Part shown: positions 58,901-64,000 of the stretch, in pieces
How positions within the stretch are numbered: position 1 is the stretch's first letter
Layout of the letters: each line of letters begins with the position of its first letter
NCBI RefSeq assembly: GCF_963506605.1
Contig: NC_083279.1
Coordinates: forward strand, 102,176,001-102,240,000
Source: Zootoca vivipara
Taxonomy: Eukaryota
Length of the DNA: 64,000 bases
Direction of reading: 5' to 3'
Position numbers and translations under genes: made by a program
Notes under the pieces: generated by a model
Told to the model about the DNA's origin: nothing
The model's input: the letters and a program-made list of their open reading frames with translations, nothing else
Database searches by the model: none

Positions 58901-60010
58901 AGCCAGGAAGGAAGGGAGCGGCCCCCGAAAAGCCTTCAGCTCTCACCTCCTCCAGGACAAAGCAGGCTTTCATGGGGGCCGTTTGACCCAGAGATGAAGC
59001 CGCCTGAGAACAACAGGGCCCAAGGCCTCTCCTCACACCCTGTGGGGCCTGTCTGGCCTTGTCCTCACGGGCCCCTCCATACCTGAGCTGGGCTGGATGT
59101 GGAAAGCGCCCTTCTCATTGCCACTGATGATGCTGTAGCTGATGCGGCCTGAGGAGCCGGCTGTGTGGGTGGCTGGGGTGCTCAGCACGGTGGTGCCTGC
59201 AGGGGGAGGGAGCCAGGGGGCAGGCCTTTAGAAAAAGAACATCCCCTTCCAGAAGGAAACCTGCTTTGCTGCTATTGGAAGATTCAGAACAGGTAACAGC
59301 AAGCACTTCTTCCTGCAGCACAGAGTTAAACCATGGAACTCCCTCCCACAAGAGGAAGGGATGGCCACCAACTCGGATGGCCCTGAAAGAGGCTTAGGCA
59401 AATCCATGGAGGAGGAGGAGGAGGCTCCTGAGGGCCACTAGCCAGGATGCCTATGCCCACCTCCAGGGCCGGCCCTACGGCCAGGCTGGGTGGCGCAGGG
59501 CGCCAGGGGGGAGGGGGTGCCACGGAGCTGCACCTGCCCGCCCGCTGCGCTCTGCACTGCGCCCACCCGCCCAGCTCCGGCCGCCCAGCTCCGCCCGCCT
59601 GCCACGCTGGGAAACGGGGCAGGGCGGGGGCACCGGAGGGATCCGTCGCACCACGGCGCCAGGGCGCCAGATATACTTAAGACGGCCCTGCCCACCTCCA
59701 CGGTCAGAGGCAGCCCTGCTTCTGAATGCCAGTTGCTAGAAACCGCCGGAGGGGAGAGTGTTGCTCTTGTGCTCTGGTCCTGCTTGTGGGATTCCTATAT
59801 TATCATTATCATTATCATTATTCCACCCGTTATCAAAAGATCCCAGAGTGGTGTACAACATTAAGGACACATTTTATGGGCAACTGTTCAGCCCCTGTGA
59901 GAACTCTGAAGTTTCTTATGCTCAATAAAATACATTTTATTGTATTTTAATCTTTGCTGGAAGCTGCCCAGAGTGGCTGGGGAGACCCAGCCGGATGGGC
60001 AGGGTACAAA

Positions 60011-60043
<33 letters not shown>

Positions 60044-63000
60044 CATTATCATTATCATTATCATTATCATTATCATTATCATTATCATTATCATTATCAT
60101 TATCCCCTTGCCCATACCTGCCACAGCGTTCTCTGGCAGCGTCACATCGCTGGTGCTGCGGGGGAAGCGGACCCCCCGGAAGCCCTCGTCTTGCAGGTGG
60201 ATGACCACCACTCCGATGGAGGAGAGCGGGGGCTCCCCCAGGTCGCTGGCCAGGACGAAGACAGTGCGCTGGCGCTGGGTGAGGGTGCCCAGGGGCTGCA
60301 GCAGCTGAATGGCACCTGTGTAGGTGTTGATGGCAAAGGCGGGGCTGGGGGCGGCCAGGCGGTAGAGGAGGGAGGCGTTGGCGCCCGCGTCATGGTCCTC
60401 AGCCCGCAGCGTGGCCACCACCCGCTTGGTGGGCATGTTGCGGGGCAGCGTGACAGAAAGTGGGCTGAGCGGAAAGGCCGGGATGTGGTCGTTGACGTCC
60501 TGGACGCTGACCGTGACCTGCACGGAAGCACTGCGGGGGCTCAGTGGGGACGAGTCCACGGCCACAGCCACGAAGCGGTAAGAGTCTCGGTGTTCCCGGT
60601 CCAGTGGCTGTGTGGTGGTGAGGCGGCCTGTCTGAGGCTCCACCTGGAAGGTGCCCAGCGACTCGTTGGCCAGGAAGTAGGAGATGCGTCCATTGGGCCC
60701 TTCGTCCGGGTCCTTGGCCTCCAGCTGCAGCACCAGCGCCCCCACGGGCAAGTCCTCGGGCACCTCGGCCACATAGCTTTCCTGGGCAAAGTGAGGGGCA
60801 TTGTCGTTCAGATCCAGCACTTCCACGTGGAGCGCCAGGCTGGCGCAGCGTGGGGGGGAGCCGTGGTCACAGGCCTGGACAGTCAGGGCGTAGCTGGCCA
60901 CACGCTCCCGGTCCAGGCCTCGTGCTGTGGACAGCTGGCCGGAGACGGGGTTCAAGGCGAAGTCTTCCTCAGAGTCTCCAGCTGAAAGGGAGGAGCAGCA
61001 GGAGGAGGAGGGTGAAGCTTTCCTGGACCGGCACATGGCTGCCCAAACTACCCCTAATGCTGGCTTCTCAGTTGCCCTCCCCTGCCTGAAGGGGGCCCAA
61101 CATGTTTGCAAAAGATTGCCTTACCCACTTCATGGAATTGACACTACTGACACCCCATAATCCCCTTTCAGCATTTGAAAGAACTTAGCCTGGAACTCCT
61201 TGCCTACTGCTATCAAACAGGCAGCTTCCCTATATTCCTTTTGACATTCTTGTTCAGGGAAGCTCAGAAATGCTGATGTAGATTTTATCTGCTCTAGTGT
61301 TTTAACTTTTTGTAGGGTTTAAAACATCGCTGCAAATTTTTCTTGATTTTCTTCTTTCATCTTTTTGTAAACTACTTTGAGGTTGTTTTTCCACAATTGA
61401 GCAACGTATAAATTTTAATGTATGGTAATGAATGAATAAATAAAATCTCTAAGGCTTAATACGGCTCCAAAGTAGGAAATGGAGGCTGCATGGACCCACT
61501 CTGAAATGAAGGGGGACCAGGAGAAGGAGCCCCTTCCCCTGGTGGGGTGGGAAACCTTTCCTTCTACCTGCATCATCCCAGGCAGGGAGTTTCCCTCCCT
61601 CCCCTCACCTGCCAGGCGATAGGTGAGGCGCCCATTTTCTCCTGCATCGTGATCCGTGGCCCGCACGGTGGTCAGCTCCACCTGGCTCTGGTTCTCTGGG
61701 ACCTCCAGGGAAGAAGCCTCAGCCTGGAAGGTGGGTGCATGGTCGTTGTCATCTGCCACCAGGATGCGGACCGTGGCTTTGGCCTGGCGAGGGGGCAGCC
61801 CCTTGTCCCGTGCGTACACTGTGGGGGGAGGGGGAGCAGGCTGTGAGCCAGCAGGGGAAAGTCTCCTGGGGTGGGGACAGGGAGTAAGGGGGCTGCCAGG
61901 CACTGGGAGGGGCACACCGGCTATACCTGGCCCTCTGTGCACATTGAAAGGGGCTTCTGGGAGCACCTTCAGCTCCTTCCATTTGCCAGGTGCGGATTAA
62001 CTCATTGTAACAGAGAAACCTCAGGACAGCAAAGCAGAAACACACAGAGGCAGCAAAAACAACAAATTCCATACAATGCCAATTGATACAAGTTTGTAAT
62101 GGGATACACATTTAATAAACACTTTATAAAACTGACTCAGATTTTAAAACACTAGAAAGGAACTTGAGCAAGTCCCACCACAGGACTGCCTTTGCCCAAA
62201 TGCTGCACCCAGAGCTGGCCTGTCCTTGTGTGCTCTCCGAGGCAGAAGGGGCCTGGGTGTGTCTTGGAAATAGAAGGAGCCCCTGGCCTGTGGTCCCAGA
62301 AGAGGACCCCCCCCTCTCCCCCACTTACCTGTCAGCAAGTGCTCTGCCCGCTCCTCATGGTCTAGGGAGCGCCGGGTGCTGATCAGACCTGTGTGGGGGT
62401 CGATGGAGAACTCGTCCCCAGAGATGCCGCCATAGGACACCTGCCCATTGGATCCTGGAGAGATATGCAAGGGAGGCTGAGCATGGGCCCTACTCTTCCC
62501 CCACATAGCTGCTCTGCTCTGGGCACAAGGGCCCCTCTTCCAGACCCTCCCAACCCCACTCGGCTGACCCCCCCCTCAGAGCCCCACTGCTTACCCTCCC
62601 CACCCCAACAAAGCCAGAGTGTTAGCAGGGCAGAGACTGGGGCCCCAGCTGTGGCAGCTGCCAGAGGCTGGCGTGTTTAAATTGCGCTTCAGAAGCCTTT
62701 CAAGATCAGCCTGACATGGAAACGGGGAGCTTCCTAGTCCAACCCCAGATGCCACCTTGGTACCAAGGCGCACACAAGGTCTCTGCCACATGGGGAGTGG
62801 GGAGGGTTGGAGCAAGAGGAGGTGCTCCAGCAGGCACCCACAGGCGGGCACCAGCTAGGCCAGGGGCACCTGTGCTTGCCACAGACGGGTGGCCAACCCA
62901 ACACTGGGCATTCTGGCTATTTAGTTGGGGTTGGTCTGCTGGGCTGAAGCCATCTTGGCTAAGGGCCTGCCAGCCTCCTCTGTGGCCTGCCTTGCATTTG

Positions 63001-63620
63001 CACCCTCCTTTTGCTCCAAGGATTATCACCATTTAATTCTAACAACCCTCTTGTGAGGGAGGTTAGGCTGAGATGTCCTGACCAGCTGGCCAACAGTCTC
63101 CATGAGTCAAGTCCAACCTTTCCTCCCCTGGCCCACTCAGGTACCCTCAGCCCAAGCTGGCAGAGGTTCTCCACCCACTGATGCCCAGGAGTTCAGAGGT
63201 CTGAAGTTTCACAAACAGCAGGTGGCCTTTGGCACAAATATGCCACAATGCGCCCCCATGGAAAGGGGGCTTGTGTTCTCTGGGTGACCCCATTGTCTGG
63301 CCAGACACTCCTCCCCATCCCTTCCACTTCTGGGGTGGATGACCCTGCAGATTACCACAGGCAGAGGGCCAGGCTCTTACCCAGGTCGGGGTCGGTGGCA
63401 TGCAGCTGCAGCACCGGAACACCAGGGGGCAGGTTTTCTGCCACACTGGCTTCGTAGCTGTTTCTCTCAAAGGCAGGCGCCTGGTCGTTCACATCCAGCA
63501 CATGCACATGCAGGAGTTGCGTGGCAGAGCGCCGTGGCGACCCGTGGTCCGTGGCTACCACTGTCAAGTTATGCTGGGATACTTCCTCCCGGTCCAGTGT
63601 CCTCACGATGGATAGGGCGC
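52979..63620 (-). CDS. DCHS1: Protocadherin-16 / dachsous 1, 3' portion (11 exons in window; gene continues beyond the window end)
   Basis: Exons 63620-63381, 62454-62329, 61818-61609, 60981-60118, 59196-59083, 58575-58364, 58216-58062, 57208-57078, 56776-56490, 55957-55819 and 55545-52979. Cadherin repeats (DxNDN, LDxE, AxDxG), transmembrane segment (LLLVVAVAASLGVVVVLATVAIVLALV), conserved cytoplasmic motifs SSGRGSAEAAEDDEIRMINE and GSYNWDYLLNWCPQFQPLASVFTEIARLKDE, ending EAELRI*. AATAAA on the - strand at 50969-50974. Confidence 0.96.
60010..60104. repeat. (ATTATC)n microsatellite next to a DCHS1 splice donor
   Basis: About 15 hexamer units following an L2 tail. Confidence 0.95.
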
Positions 63621-64000
63621 CTGGGAGGAGAGCAGGAGGCTAACGTTTGAGATTGAGATGATGCAGGAAAACATTTTGCATCAAGACCTACAAAAGGGGG
63701 TTGCAGGGATCTCATAGTTCTGGGAATCAACTCTGCAAGACTCTGCCCTCAAATTTCTGGCCAGGTTACTCCAGTTGGAGTGCAAGGAGGAGTTTCATCT
63801 TTTTATGTAAAAAAGTATTCTTCTGCAAAAGTCCAATTCCGAGAAGGAAGAGAATAAAGCAGTTGTTATCCAGAAACCCTTGTCAACAATCACTGAAAAG
63901 GATCTCAGTAGCATTCTAGAACAACCAAAAGATGGAATTTCCCCCTTTGTTTTCTGCCAGAACCATCATAAGGAGCTGTTGCCCCAAAGGCTTAGCCCCC

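Noticed and set aside
59888-60117. Poly-Ile, (IM)n and (YH)n ORFs (also 10357-10575)
   Set aside because: These are translations of the (ATTATC)n and (TTA)n microsatellites.

Overview
Eukaryotic genomic DNA from a squamate reptile, probably a lacertid lizard (inferred from Sauria-type SINEs, CR1 and L2 repeats). The window carries the gene order known from human 11p15.4: DNHD1 (3' end, +), RRP8 (-), ILK (+), TAF10 (-), TPP1 (-) and DCHS1 (3' part, -). I traced every exon by hand through GT-AG junctions and the frames are consistent. Two things are not part of that human block. (1) Between DNHD1 and RRP8 there is an intact 12-exon FBXW7 paralogue (793 aa). Its first two exons encode a ComEA/EEPD1-like tandem helix-hairpin-helix (HhH) DNA-binding module spliced in frame to the FBXW7 dimerisation, F-box and WD40 core. 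This is a candidate DNA-binding SCF ubiquitin-ligase substrate receptor, and its promoter appears to lie in the last coding exon and 3' UTR of RRP8. (2) Between TPP1 and DCHS1 there is a 12.7-kb composite element bounded by hAT-like TIRs and a perfect 8-bp TSD. It contains a class I (gamma/epsilon-like) endogenous retrovirus with open gag, pro-pol and env, a tRNA-Lys3 PBS, a UGA-CAAUCA readthrough signal and palindromic tandem repeats between pol and env. The provirus has one LTR only, and env ends in host repeat sequence. Also present are a decayed L2 LINE, a solo LTR, a nested MITE, SINEs, CR1 fragments and microsatellites. All annotation was done by eye and no database searches were run.
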